Assembly: GCA_000002435.2 (NCBI GenBank)
Contig: CM018792.1
Length of the DNA stretch: 64,000 nt
Source of the DNA: Giardia intestinalis
Taxonomy: Eukaryota
Direction: 5' to 3' (one strand)
Shown: positions 30,698-41,356 of the stretch, piece after piece
Position numbering within the stretch: the first letter of the stretch is position 1
Layout: each line of letters starts with the position of its first letter
Made by a program: the position numbers and the translations under genes
The notes under the pieces: generated by a model
The model's input: the letters and a program-made list of their open reading frames with translations, nothing else
What the model was told of the DNA's origin: nothing
Databases searched by the model: none

Positions 30698-32950
30698 CTA
30701 TTTTCTGGATGCCTTCTTTCCTTTAGTAAGTAGGGGAGACTTTTGCGTGAGTTGACTCTCTGACTTCGTTCTGAAGTTACGCAGATCTATTGTAGGTGAC
30801 TCGACTGCAGGTGGGATTGGCGCCTCTGAAAAAAGTGCAGTAATGTTAGGATTCGATGAGGATAATGCGTACTCGAGAGCTGTTTTGCCTGTTTTTGTGG
30901 GTATATCTCGTTCAGAGTCTATAAGTAGCTTGACGACGTCCTTATGCTGACCAAAGAGGGCGTAGACAAGAGCTGTCCTGCCTTCGTCGTCCTGTATGCG
31001 TGTTTCTTTGGGCATTAGAATCTCTACTATTGAAGCATAGCCTTTGTATGCTGCAAGCATCATAGCAGTAAGCCCCCGGCTATTTTGCTTTCGGGCCTGT
31101 AGGCTGGCGAGAGCAGGTACGCAGTCTGCTTGTCCAGCCTGAGCAGCAAACATCAGCGCTGTCCATCCATTGGGGGCAACGATGGAGTGCTCTACACTGG
31201 CAAGAATCTCAACGACAAGTGTGACTCCTGCCCGTGCCGCATACATTAGTGACGAGAGACCAGACTTGTCCAGCAGGCCAGCTTCTAAGGAAGAAAGAGT
31301 TAGAGCATACCGTCCAAAATTATCACGCAAGAGGTGCATCAAGGCCGTCATCCCCAATGCGTCTTGCAGCTTGGCTTCCTTATGTATAAGGCACTCTATT
31401 CCGACGCTGAACCGATTATGTATTGCGAACATTAAAGCACTTCGGCCATTAGCGTCTTGGTGTCCTGCCTCAAGATCACAGAGGGTACGAACTCCGTCTC
31501 CAAACCCGACTCTGCACGAAATCATCAAGGCTGTAAGTCCCCTTTTTGTCTGCTTTCCCGGCTCGATAGTTAGCTCCGAGAGGCGCTGAGTGTCGCAGCC
31601 TACGCAAGCCAACATAAGGGGAGACCAATCTGTTGGTACATTCAAATGCTTCTCCTGACTGTAAAGCTGGTGTGCTATGTCTAGGTCTTCTTTCTCTAGA
31701 GCATAATACAATGCACTCTTGCCTTCCTTATCAACAAGGCCTCCTTCCAAAGGCTGCAGAAGAGATACAGCCTCTCTGTCTCCTTTCAGTACGGCGTGCA
31801 TTAGTGCAGTTCGCTGATTCATGTCTACCATAGCAGCCTCTTCTACACATAACCTTTGGATTGCGGTCGCAGAAGCTTTGCAGCGATTGAGCTCGGACAG
31901 CCTGTTGTACTTTGCGGCGAGAATAAGTGCGGTTTCACCGTCACAAGTATATATTCTTCCCTCCTTGGTGAGCAAAGACTCTATTGCGTGGTAATTCCCT
32001 ATTATTGAAGCGTATTGTAAAGCGGTGTATATGGTTTTCTGCGTAAGGCTGTGGCAGTTCTCAACCAAGAAGTCTAAAACATCGTGCTGCCAACTAACCA
32101 CTGCATATATTATCGCTGTCCAACCAGCCAGGTCCTCGCTCTGCCCTTCTGCAGCAACTAGAAGCTTTACTACATCGAGATTTCCATAAACAGTGGCATA
32201 CATAATGGCGGTACGCCCCTCCCGATCCCTCATGTTCTTCTCCCGGGGCCACAGAAGCGTTGCAATGCTTGTGTGCCCCCCTATCCCGGCAAACATTAGG
32301 GCTGATCGGCCGCAGGTGTCTTTCAAGCCCCACTCTTTCCCAAAGAAGAGCCGTGCAGCTCGCAAGTTATCAACAAGAGCAGCTAACATCAGGGCAGTTA
32401 CCCCAGAGCGTGGCCTTTCATATTGAAGGTTTTCTTCAAACAGCGCACGGTCATCGTGGCCCCTGAGCACTAGGTACATGGTCTCCGACCAGCCGTGCTC
32501 ACTACTAAGTCCAGCCTCAATGTTCCCAAGCAGAACTGTTGCATCGTAGTTGCCCGTCTCAATAGCCATCATAAGGGCGGTTTTTCCTCCATCAGAAACC
32601 TTTGTGGCTTCATGGTGTGCAAGAATCTTAAGCAGAGCAAGACCCTGTGCATACTTACCTATCTGAGTAAATTTGCAGACCCATTTAGCCGTTCTAGGAA
32701 TCTTGGCTTCCTGACCAAAAGCTAATAGCGGGTGCGGTGCCTTGCAGAGAAGCATGAGAGCTGTCTCGCCCTCATCTGTTACCATACTGTGCTCATACCG
32801 CGCAATCGTTAAGGCTATATCATAGTGGCCCATCTGAATGGCCACCATAAGCCCCGTGTATCCTCCATCTGTTTGCGTCCTGAGAGATGCAACCAAGAGC
32901 CCAGCAACCCCAAGAGAATCTCCGCGCCGGATAGCCCGGAACCATTCCAT
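30698..32950 (-). CDS. ankyrin-repeat protein (protein 21.1-like), ~750 aa
   Basis: ORF track start 33028 is TTG. First ATG at 32948-32950 gives MEWFRAIRRGD, the canonical 21.1 N-terminus. More than 18 ankyrin repeats (G.TALM.A, GRTALVYAL, GKTALEYAL). Basic C-terminal tail. Confidence 0.8.
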   Translation of the reverse strand: MEWFRAIRRGDSLGVAGLLVASLRTQTDGGYTGLMVAIQMGHYDIALTIARYEHSMVTDEGETALMLLCKAPHPLLAFGQEAKIPRTAKWVCKFTQIGKYAQGLALLKILAHHEATKVSDGGKTALMMAIETGNYDATVLLGNIEAGLSSEHGWSETMYLVLRGHDDRALFEENLQYERPRSGVTALMLAALVDNLRAARLFFGKEWGLKDTCGRSALMFAGIGGHTSIATLLWPREKNMRDREGRTAIMYATVYGNLDVVKLLVAAEGQSEDLAGWTAIIYAVVSWQHDVLDFLVENCHSLTQKTIYTALQYASIIGNYHAIESLLTKEGRIYTCDGETALILAAKYNRLSELNRCKASATAIQRLCVEEAAMVDMNQRTALMHAVLKGDREAVSLLQPLEGGLVDKEGKSALYYALEKEDLDIAHQLYSQEKHLNVPTDWSPLMLACVGCDTQRLSELTIEPGKQTKRGLTALMISCRVGFGDGVRTLCDLEAGHQDANGRSALMFAIHNRFSVGIECLIHKEAKLQDALGMTALMHLLRDNFGRYALTLSSLEAGLLDKSGLSSLMYAARAGVTLVVEILASVEHSIVAPNGWTALMFAAQAGQADCVPALASLQARKQNSRGLTAMMLAAYKGYASIVEILMPKETRIQDDEGRTALVYALFGQHKDVVKLLIDSERDIPTKTGKTALEYALSSSNPNITALFSEAPIPPAVESPTIDLRNFRTKSESQLTQKSPLLTKGKKASRK

Positions 32951-32994
32951 CTGCCTTTTAAAAAGGTAGACGCGTGCCTCTGATATCAGAAGGT

Positions 32995-34725
32995 TTACTG
33001 CCGACCCTCGCGCAGGCTTTTCAGGCAATCTCTGAGATTCCTATTAATTGTCTCCCCAATTGTTTCAAAAGGACACCCTACATGGTTCCTTTTCTGCTGT
33101 GGCTTTGTAGCCAGGTGTCTGTTTAGCGCCTCTAGCTTACTATCCAATTCCTTGTGAATGGAATCAAACTCGTTAGCGTTGGTTTTGTCGTCAGCAAGCA
33201 GGTATTGCTCTACGAGTTCTCGTGGCTGTATCCACTGTTCTGGAAGTAATAGACTTGCGTAATCGTGTTGAAATCCTTTAGACGATTGTAATAGTGAGGA
33301 CGCTGTGCAGCCCTTTTCGTTGTAAATACCCAGCTCACAGAGTAACAATTTAACACATTCGGGATTGCACCCTAAAACAGCATAGTAGAGCGCTGTCTCT
33401 CCTCCAGTAAGATAGTTATAGCAGTATCTTCCTGAGAGATGAAGACTTTCCAAAACGCCCGCAACATTGCCCTCGAGCGCGGCAGTCATCAAGGGGGTTT
33501 TTGAATTAGTGGAGACGCCCTTACGGGCAGAAACGAAGATGTCTAGATTATGCTCATAGTTCCATAAGCAGAATTGGTGTACAATCTCTGGGCGGCAATC
33601 ATCAATCGCCCGTTGAAAATACTTACATGGGCACCGAAGAAAGGTTGCCTTTTGGGCCACAACATCAGGGAGGTCGTTATTTCTAATTGCCATGAATAGC
33701 AGTGCATCTCGGGCCATAGCAAGCTTGACCTTAGACTCCTTTAATAGCATAGATTGCTGTGCTCCCATCCAAGTGCCATCAGCATTACCGTCGTAATGAG
33801 ACTGATTGGCTGCAAAAGAATCCTGTGCAGGAATAGATAGTATACCGACGTCTGCAGTCGTCTCCGCCGAGTCCATGCAAACATTTGACAAAGCAGACGC
33901 TGAGCGCCGGGCACAGAGATCCCTGAGGACAGAAGCGGAGGGGCGCAGTTCAGGTAGATAGTGAAGACATGACTTTATGCATAGAATAAGCTCGTGCGAA
34001 AATGCTCCAGCATCGACCAGCTGCTGAAGAGAAGGCAAGGTCGGCGTCTCTGTCAACGTTCCAGAGTCAAATGGAGGAGGAGTGAGTGTGCATAGCTCAT
34101 ACATGAGACATCCAACCATCCAAATATCCGAACACTCGCTGAGTGACTTACTTTGCACTGTCTCTGGAGCCAAGTAGCTAAACCCTGCCTGTTTATACTC
34201 AGATGGAAGCAAGTGGCTGACAAAGTGTGCGGGAAGAATAGGCTCTCCGAGAACGAACTTATTGGTCGCCGTTCTAAGAATATTAGATGGCCATATTTGA
34301 CCATGTGCTTTGATGGAAAAACTTTCATTAGTGTATAGATATGTCAGACTGTTAACGATGCGCTCCATCAGGTGCCAGATATACTCTTCGTCAAAAGGAA
34401 TTCTAGCCCCGGCAGCGTCGTGAATCAACGCCTTCATCGATCCGTGGAAATACTCCAGCTCGATGAGAAGGCAGTGCCCCTCCCCTGCATCGTAGTATAT
34501 GTCCTGCACAGAAAGAAGACAGTCGTGTCGCAGAGTTAATAACTGGGTATACTCTTTGAGCAGCTCTTGTCGCTCTTCCGCAGAAATGTAGGATAAGGCA
34601 ATGGCTTCCACTAGGACCTTTTCGTTATCACAGATCCTCCTAGCCTCGAAGAGACTCCCACGCTCATCTGTATGCAATAGAAAAGCCTCTTTGTAGCGAT
34701 CAGAACAAAGTGTTTTGACGCCCAT
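32995..34725 (-). CDS. NEK-like kinase-fold protein with C-terminal ankyrin repeats, predicted catalytically inactive (pseudokinase)
   Basis: Kinase-like N-terminal half retains YLAPE and the C-lobe (DIWMVGCLMYEL). It lacks the GxGxxG loop, the VAIK lysine context, has HGQIWPSNIL in place of HRDLKPxNI, and LGE in place of DFG. C-terminal ankyrin repeats (TPLMTAALEGN, ETALYYAVLGCNPECVKLLL). Confidence 0.7.
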   Translation of the reverse strand: MGVKTLCSDRYKEAFLLHTDERGSLFEARRICDNEKVLVEAIALSYISAEERQELLKEYTQLLTLRHDCLLSVQDIYYDAGEGHCLLIELEYFHGSMKALIHDAAGARIPFDEEYIWHLMERIVNSLTYLYTNESFSIKAHGQIWPSNILRTATNKFVLGEPILPAHFVSHLLPSEYKQAGFSYLAPETVQSKSLSECSDIWMVGCLMYELCTLTPPPFDSGTLTETPTLPSLQQLVDAGAFSHELILCIKSCLHYLPELRPSASVLRDLCARRSASALSNVCMDSAETTADVGILSIPAQDSFAANQSHYDGNADGTWMGAQQSMLLKESKVKLAMARDALLFMAIRNNDLPDVVAQKATFLRCPCKYFQRAIDDCRPEIVHQFCLWNYEHNLDIFVSARKGVSTNSKTPLMTAALEGNVAGVLESLHLSGRYCYNYLTGGETALYYAVLGCNPECVKLLLCELGIYNEKGCTASSLLQSSKGFQHDYASLLLPEQWIQPRELVEQYLLADDKTNANEFDSIHKELDSKLEALNRHLATKPQQKRNHVGCPFETIGETINRNLRDCLKSLREGRQ

Positions 34726-34788
34726 GAAAATCTTGGATTTTGAAGACTTTCTGGCTTTTCTAGTTTCTATGTCGACCTAAAGCATGCC

Positions 34789-37700
34789 CTAGGGCATCGG
34801 CTTAACATCAAATAGCTCTGTAAAGCACATGCATCCAGCCACCACTTCACAGAGCATAATGCCAGACCCCCGCTTATTGGCAATATCGCATAGGAGAGTC
34901 CGACTCAAAAGCTCACCGGATTGCTCCGCTAGCATGTTAATTTTTAGGGCATGCTGGATATAGAGCAACACGGCACTGATCATGTTGGCGTCCACGGTAT
35001 TCCCCTTGAAGATACCATCCGAAGCGTGTATCCGATGCACTTCGGCGTACATTGTAAATATGTCAGTGTATATTTTGCGCATATTTTTCATGATGGGCTT
35101 GAGGTTGAAGATAACGGCCACCGAGGAGCCTAATAGAGCTGACATATCGAACTCAAATTGCTCCTGTGATACCTTTTCAGTTAGTATATACCACTGCACA
35201 ATAAGCCAATAAAGGTCTGTCCTAGGGCTCTTGGCTTGTTCATCTCGGGCCTCTGAGCCCACTCCTGGCTGGAAGCTGTCTTTAGCAGAGTCCAATGCCT
35301 CAGCAATCTCCTTTTCTGTAAAGTATGCGCCAAGGGATTGCGTTGGTATCTGGTCTATGTCTGCACAATTGGCTATGTTTCCTGGAATAGCGTTCAAGAG
35401 ATTCATAAACAGGATCGAGTACTCATAGGCGTTTCGTGGGTTTGCAGGGTCAAATGGATCTACAAGCCCAAATTTGCGAAGTACCTCGAACTGTAATGTC
35501 TCGGCAGACACGCCAGGGCGGACCTCTTCACAGATCTGTCGTGCGATTGAAAGCCTAGTGAGCACAGAGTAAGCAAATCTCAAGAGAATGTATGTCATGA
35601 ACTCGACAATAGAAGCAGATTGGGTTTCGTTCATCTCTACGTCTCTGTCTGCGTAAAGGATCTGCCCGAAGACTGCATTAAAGAAGCCCTCCTGAAGGCC
35701 ATCATCCACCGTTGCCGAAAAGACGGATGAGGGAGTGTCGGAGTGGGAGTGCAGTAACCAGGTCTTGAGAAACTGAAGCGCCTCAGGCTTAATGTGGCGT
35801 ATATTGAATGCTATATGGGGCAAAAAGTAGCACTTGTGTTGGGCGGGATTGGCAGAAAGGCCTAGCTTCTGGCGCGCTTGTGCATACATGGCATCGACCA
35901 CTATCTTCAGCTTGTTGAGCAGAGAGAGGCCAGTGTCACTGATCGGAGTCTCCTTCACATTACTCAACCGATCGCTACAGGAGCAATAGCAACCAGGATA
36001 AGCTTGGCTGGATAAGATATGGATAAGTTGGTCCTGGGTGATCTTTCTCTGCTCTCTAAAGCGCTCCTCTGGACACTGCTCTTCATCGTGCCAGAACTTG
36101 GTGAGCGTCGGACACGCATCGCTGATTGACATGAGCTTGTCCCAAAACGACATCTGGTTGTCATCAGTTGGGTCTTTTATCTCTGGTTTGAGAACAAATT
36201 CAGAAGTAATGCAGTCATAGTGCCCTCGATCTAGAAGAGTGTCGCTGATATAATAACTGTTCTTTTGTTTTAGTTCAAAATCTGCAAACATGTTCCGTAT
36301 GACAAACGCCTTCTTGTCTATCTCAGCCTGACCGTTACTCAAGTGGTCCAGATTTCTGAGACTACAAGTCCTTAACTTCCGTATGATCAACGGACTCTGA
36401 TTAAGGTTTCGGTGGCTTTGAAGATCTCTGAGGAATACCCTAAGTCGCTTAAGAACGAACGGGGCCGAAGTCTTGGGATGTCTGAGGAAGAGGTCATAGT
36501 AGTCCAACCCTATCACTGACTTGATTGTTTCCAGGCATGGTAGCGGTAAATCGAGACATGCAGTTTGACCCAGTTCCATGTCCTTCATAACCTCCCGCTG
36601 AATGTCGGTTGTGGAGAGCTTGCTTCTATGCCGCTGTTGGGACCCAGCTGCATTGCCTGGAGATAGGGGATATATACTGGTCTCTTGAGGGTGTTGTAGA
36701 AAGCGTGCAGTAATATGTGCGGCAATAGGGGAGTCGGGGACTGTGTTTCTGCAGGTAATTTCCCCATCTGCAGGATCCTTGGGGGCTGAACCTTGCACAC
36801 CCAACTCTTCCTCTCTCTTGACAGATACACCTGCATGTCGTATATCCGGCAAATACGTAGCTTCATTCTTAATTAGAAGCTTGGGGGCTGCCATAGGAAT
36901 ACTTGGCTCGCCGTGAACCGGGTCGGAATTTTCTCTTTCAGAGGGCCTTGGTAGGAGAGATGCCTCTGGTTCAGCATGATTGGTGGGACTTGTAGGAGAC
37001 GGTGCAACTAACTTCTTAATTTCAGGCTCATTCATGTTTCTAGCAACCTCTTCCGGCTCCTGGACAGTCGAGATGACATACGGATCTGAGCAGGATGACT
37101 CCATAGTATGTGAGGACCCGCCCATCTCTTTGGCAATGGAGCCACTCGCGAGAACAGACTCCCGCTTCTTGACAGTCTCGAACGTCATGTCATCAAATTG
37201 ACAATCACCTTCATAAAGAACATCGTGTGCGCCTTCATAGTTGCGGTTACACTCTATCCGTAGAAGATTTGGACAGTATTTTGAGCAAAAGACTTGGAGC
37301 TTCTGCTCTATTAGCTTAAGATTGTATATGACCACGTCATATTTAATGAGTTCTTCTTCCAATCCAGCAATGTCATCAGTGCTTTGGACTATTTTTCTGT
37401 TATCCTCCATGAGTTGCGAGACGTTCATCTGACGTATGGATTTGGCGCTGCTCTCAGACCCCATTGGGAAGGTGCCATAGTAGTACTTATTCAGCACGGA
37501 GTCTTGTCTGACTAATCGAACGGGGTGCTTGAATCGATAAGATGTGTTACACTCAGGGATATTCGCAGCAGAAATCCTGTTCCTTTCCTCCATACTCAGA
37601 CGATTCACCCGCATCTCAAAGGTTGTCAAGTTACTCTCCGTGGCAATGCTCATGACAGGTATGTCGAGGGGAAGAAGCATGTCGCCTGTCTGAGTGAACC

Positions 37701-39798
37701 ATTGAGAATATGAGGGTATCGTCCCCGTGGATATTCCCTCTGCAATCTGTGCTGTTTGTTGAATACTGATCATATTGTGGGTATGAATGTTTTGAGTCGT
37801 GTAGTTGCCAGAACCAGAGTAGAAAAGAATGTAGTTGATTGCACTGCTCCATGATTGTGGGATCTGAGATATTGTATCAAAGTTGCGGTCGTTGCTGAAG
37901 AATAGAAAGTTCTCGTAGATATCGCGTGTACTTAGAATCCCGCGCTCAATGAATGGCGCATGCTGGTCAAGGATCTCTTTGTTAGTACGCTGAGCCAGAA
38001 GCCCTCGACATGCCTTATGTCCAATCGATGGATAGGACTCTAGAATCTCCTGGATGTGCATCGAATGAGTCAATTGCATGTAGACTAGAAAAGAATCGTC
38101 CACTGTTATTCTACAAGGATAGTTCATCTGCGAATTTGCCTTGATGTATGATGCGGTCACTTGTTGCCATGCATACGAGAGAGGACGCGAGTCACCAACT
38201 TCGTTGAGGGACGCCAGAGCGAAGAGCCCTCGTAAATTATACTTTAATTGACAAAAGAAGGCGTTCTCAATGAATGTAATGGCTTCGTTGTGCTTTCTAG
38301 TGATAAGAAGATATTGATCTGCTAGAGGAAGAGAGACATATCGTTTCATAAATAGCTGAACCTTCCTCAAATATTCTTGGCGCCGAGTGAAATACTCTAG
38401 GCTCAAAGCCGTTGATGGAGCAGTTTTTCCCTTGTCTGTTTCGTCGTGGCTTTCCATGTCGAAGTTGCTGGAGACAACTCCATAGTCTGTAAAGGAATCG
38501 ACAAGCCCATACTTGTGCATCTTCGCAGCAGCATAGCTGTCCTTCATAAGGGGTAGTGCGTTCGAATTTAGGAGCGTCTCACAGACGTCAATGAGAAACA
38601 CCCGACAACACGGTATACGATATGATAAAATGGCATGTCGTGGAAGTTCCTTTGCGTGAAGCAGTGCCAAAAAGTAGCTCTCTGTATGTTGTGCCAGTTC
38701 AGCCAGATTTTTGAATTCAGCCCCGAAGGCACCCTCATATAGCAGTATCGAGCGCATGCTCCCTATAGTATTTCTACCCAAAGACCAGTGATCAGATGAC
38801 CGAGAGTTAGAGCCTGATTTTGCTTTGTAAGGCTTTATAGATTTATCTTTTGCCGCAGCCTTTCCCGGAGCAGCACGCAGAGAGCCAGCCGAAGCTCCAG
38901 TAGGTACCCCGTATTCTGCACTAGATTGCCTGTACATTTGTGGAGGCAATCCTGCTTGGTCGTCAAAGGGTTGATAGACCTCTTTTGTCCGGTTATCAAC
39001 CATCAGATTCAGTACAGTGGTTCGCGTGTGGTCGAAGAGCTTCGGAGACTTCGCCATCATCTCATTTAAACTGGAACTTATGGACTGAATCACTGACGTG
39101 CGCCACTCTAGAGCATTCTGAGATAATAAATTAGAATTAGAAACGAAATAGAGAATAGCACGCATGTATTCATCATCCGACAAGTCCTGGGACAGTCCAT
39201 ATTTGGCACCCATTTGTTCGAGGGGAACTATGTTTAAGGATTTATATGAAAACTTCTTCCAGCTGGGGGTTAAATAGAACATCAAGCAGGTTAAGAACTC
39301 CGGATACTCCTTCATTAGGTACGTACTGTACATAATAAACTCAACTGCTTCCACTTGCTGGGATGAAAAAGCGATAATGAGGTGCTTAAATTCTAACGAA
39401 CTATCGGCCGGAAGTAGGCTCTCTATGGTGTACATCAGCACGTTCTCGTCCTCATGAGAGTTCGGATGGTGGGTGGCACCGTGGTCATTGGGACAAGTCC
39501 TGCTGTGCTCTTCTAAGGCCTTGGGGAGGAGGACCAGTGGCTTGGCACCAGGACCGGCGCTCTTCGCTATGAAAGCATAGTCAGCGGGTAGGAAGTCATT
39601 GAATTGCAGAAGGGCCTCAGGAGCGTCGGTGGAACAGAGGTTGAATAGGCGTAAGCACACACACGCTTTTGTAGAATCTGTGCAGGAGCCAACGATGTCT
39701 TTGAAGACTTTGAAGAGGCCCGGGACCTTGTTACCGTTGAAAATGGCCTCAAATTGCTCGTAGGAGCTCGCTATCGACTTTAGAAGGTTGACAGTCAT
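34789..39798 (-). CDS. large hypothetical protein, 1669 aa
   Basis: Uninterrupted 5-kb ORF with ATG start. Mostly alpha-helical-looking sequence. No motif I can name. Confidence 0.55.
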   Translation of the reverse strand: MTVNLLKSIASSYEQFEAIFNGNKVPGLFKVFKDIVGSCTDSTKACVCLRLFNLCSTDAPEALLQFNDFLPADYAFIAKSAGPGAKPLVLLPKALEEHSRTCPNDHGATHHPNSHEDENVLMYTIESLLPADSSLEFKHLIIAFSSQQVEAVEFIMYSTYLMKEYPEFLTCLMFYLTPSWKKFSYKSLNIVPLEQMGAKYGLSQDLSDDEYMRAILYFVSNSNLLSQNALEWRTSVIQSISSSLNEMMAKSPKLFDHTRTTVLNLMVDNRTKEVYQPFDDQAGLPPQMYRQSSAEYGVPTGASAGSLRAAPGKAAAKDKSIKPYKAKSGSNSRSSDHWSLGRNTIGSMRSILLYEGAFGAEFKNLAELAQHTESYFLALLHAKELPRHAILSYRIPCCRVFLIDVCETLLNSNALPLMKDSYAAAKMHKYGLVDSFTDYGVVSSNFDMESHDETDKGKTAPSTALSLEYFTRRQEYLRKVQLFMKRYVSLPLADQYLLITRKHNEAITFIENAFFCQLKYNLRGLFALASLNEVGDSRPLSYAWQQVTASYIKANSQMNYPCRITVDDSFLVYMQLTHSMHIQEILESYPSIGHKACRGLLAQRTNKEILDQHAPFIERGILSTRDIYENFLFFSNDRNFDTISQIPQSWSSAINYILFYSGSGNYTTQNIHTHNMISIQQTAQIAEGISTGTIPSYSQWFTQTGDMLLPLDIPVMSIATESNLTTFEMRVNRLSMEERNRISAANIPECNTSYRFKHPVRLVRQDSVLNKYYYGTFPMGSESSAKSIRQMNVSQLMEDNRKIVQSTDDIAGLEEELIKYDVVIYNLKLIEQKLQVFCSKYCPNLLRIECNRNYEGAHDVLYEGDCQFDDMTFETVKKRESVLASGSIAKEMGGSSHTMESSCSDPYVISTVQEPEEVARNMNEPEIKKLVAPSPTSPTNHAEPEASLLPRPSERENSDPVHGEPSIPMAAPKLLIKNEATYLPDIRHAGVSVKREEELGVQGSAPKDPADGEITCRNTVPDSPIAAHITARFLQHPQETSIYPLSPGNAAGSQQRHRSKLSTTDIQREVMKDMELGQTACLDLPLPCLETIKSVIGLDYYDLFLRHPKTSAPFVLKRLRVFLRDLQSHRNLNQSPLIIRKLRTCSLRNLDHLSNGQAEIDKKAFVIRNMFADFELKQKNSYYISDTLLDRGHYDCITSEFVLKPEIKDPTDDNQMSFWDKLMSISDACPTLTKFWHDEEQCPEERFREQRKITQDQLIHILSSQAYPGCYCSCSDRLSNVKETPISDTGLSLLNKLKIVVDAMYAQARQKLGLSANPAQHKCYFLPHIAFNIRHIKPEALQFLKTWLLHSHSDTPSSVFSATVDDGLQEGFFNAVFGQILYADRDVEMNETQSASIVEFMTYILLRFAYSVLTRLSIARQICEEVRPGVSAETLQFEVLRKFGLVDPFDPANPRNAYEYSILFMNLLNAIPGNIANCADIDQIPTQSLGAYFTEKEIAEALDSAKDSFQPGVGSEARDEQAKSPRTDLYWLIVQWYILTEKVSQEQFEFDMSALLGSSVAVIFNLKPIMKNMRKIYTDIFTMYAEVHRIHASDGIFKGNTVDANMISAVLLYIQHALKINMLAEQSGELLSRTLLCDIANKRGSGIMLCEVVAGCMCFTELFDVKPMP

Positions 39799-39852
39799 AG
39801 GTTTTTAGATTTACTAATCATTCAACAGAAAGAACAGAAAGGTCCTGAGAAG

Positions 39853-41349
39853 TTAAAACAAGGTCTTAGAGAGATCGATAGACATGTGCTCTGCTACTTT
39901 ACGGAATGCGCTTGGCTTTTTGCCAGTGCTGCGTGCCTCCAGACGACTCTGCGCGCCCGGCCGCGGAACACTCCGAATCGCGGTCGGGCCGCCTGGCCGA
40001 GGAGCAGTCTTTGCTTGGGTAGCACTCCCGTACTGATCCTTTAAGGAGTTCCCTGCCTCATCGATGCATAACGAAAAGAGAAGATCCTTAATCGTTTCAC
40101 GCATGTTATCAATCTCTGTGCTCAATAAACCCTTCTGACTGTAGAAGACGTCAATAAACCGGTTCCTGGTTGTAAGGAGATCCCCCAGTGAGTAAGATAT
40201 ATCTACATAAACTTCGTGGTCAAGGAGAGATTGTAAGACAGAAAGCACGGTCTCACAGCGCTCCTCTGCAGCAGTGCTAAGAAGAGCCTTAGTGCTGTAG
40301 AGTCTCCGCATCGGGCTGGGGCTTCTACTCCGGAACTCGTCAAAGGCTGCCTCTGCAGCGGCCTGTGCCCGCTCTGCCTCTTCTCCGACTTCTCCGTGCA
40401 ATGCCAATTTTGTAACGATGCCTGGGTCTGCTGTGTCAATGCTCAGCACGAGAAGTGACAGCAATGCGGCTCTGCTTCCAGCGTCCCTACCACTGATAGC
40501 AACGTTTAGAAGAGATGATATGGCTTGCTCGTCTTCTGCAAAATGCTTATAAAATAGCTCTGACTCTAAGAGGCAGGGGAGGATGCAGGAGGTGATCACG
40601 TAAGTATGCGATGATCTGAGGCTCGTCACAAGACTGCGGCGCAGAGGTTCAGAGAGCATTGCTGCGCACTGTTCAAGGACCTTCTCTCCGCTGTCCAAGG
40701 CCAACGCACGAGCAAACCTGTATGTAATAATGTTGCTAAGCGTCTCCCAAAGCGAGAGAGCCAAATCACTAGTGCCTCCCTTCATATCGAAGAAATCAGC
40801 TCCTGTGTGCAGATCCTTGACGACGGACGATACAGTTTGGAGCCCACCACTGAGCAAAACCTTTTTCTTTCCTTGAGAATAAAATGTGAGACCCTCTAAA
40901 GCCAATACAGCCGCATGAAAAAGGGATTGGTTTGCATCATAAACTTCATGGCTGATTAGGCCCTGTATAAGTATAACGAGTCTGTCAGACGGAGAATGCT
41001 TTGCCAAAAAGCCAAACGACGGAAAGAAGTTGTCATCGGCAGAGCTTCCATCCTCGATTGTAGACTCAAATAAAAGCATTTCCATGGCAAAACGCTCGCA
41101 GTGACACAAAGTGGCGACTATCCTGAGCGCTTGAATCAGCATTTCATAGTCCGAAAGGGCATACGCCAGAGTCAAAAACCTATAGAATTTAGGAGCAAAG
41201 GGCTCAGACCAAGACTCAAAACCGCTGGAAATCACTGATCGAGAGGCGACATAAAGTGAATGGATATTAGCAGGGCTCATCCCTCCCGGATTCAGCACAC
41301 CATCCAAGGCAGTAGCCAGAGCCTCCGCAGAGGTTACTGGAGGCTCCAT
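39853..41349 (-). CDS. hypothetical alpha-helical (ARM/HEAT-like) protein, 498 aa
   Basis: ATG at 41347-41349, preceded by AT-rich CAAAAATTGAAAAATGC which overlaps the stop of the upstream gene. Confidence 0.45.
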   Translation of the reverse strand: MEPPVTSAEALATALDGVLNPGGMSPANIHSLYVASRSVISSGFESWSEPFAPKFYRFLTLAYALSDYEMLIQALRIVATLCHCERFAMEMLLFESTIEDGSSADDNFFPSFGFLAKHSPSDRLVILIQGLISHEVYDANQSLFHAAVLALEGLTFYSQGKKKVLLSGGLQTVSSVVKDLHTGADFFDMKGGTSDLALSLWETLSNIITYRFARALALDSGEKVLEQCAAMLSEPLRRSLVTSLRSSHTYVITSCILPCLLESELFYKHFAEDEQAISSLLNVAISGRDAGSRAALLSLLVLSIDTADPGIVTKLALHGEVGEEAERAQAAAEAAFDEFRSRSPSPMRRLYSTKALLSTAAEERCETVLSVLQSLLDHEVYVDISYSLGDLLTTRNRFIDVFYSQKGLLSTEIDNMRETIKDLLFSLCIDEAGNSLKDQYGSATQAKTAPRPGGPTAIRSVPRPGAQSRLEARSTGKKPSAFRKVAEHMSIDLSKTLF

Positions 41350-41356
41350 GCATTTT

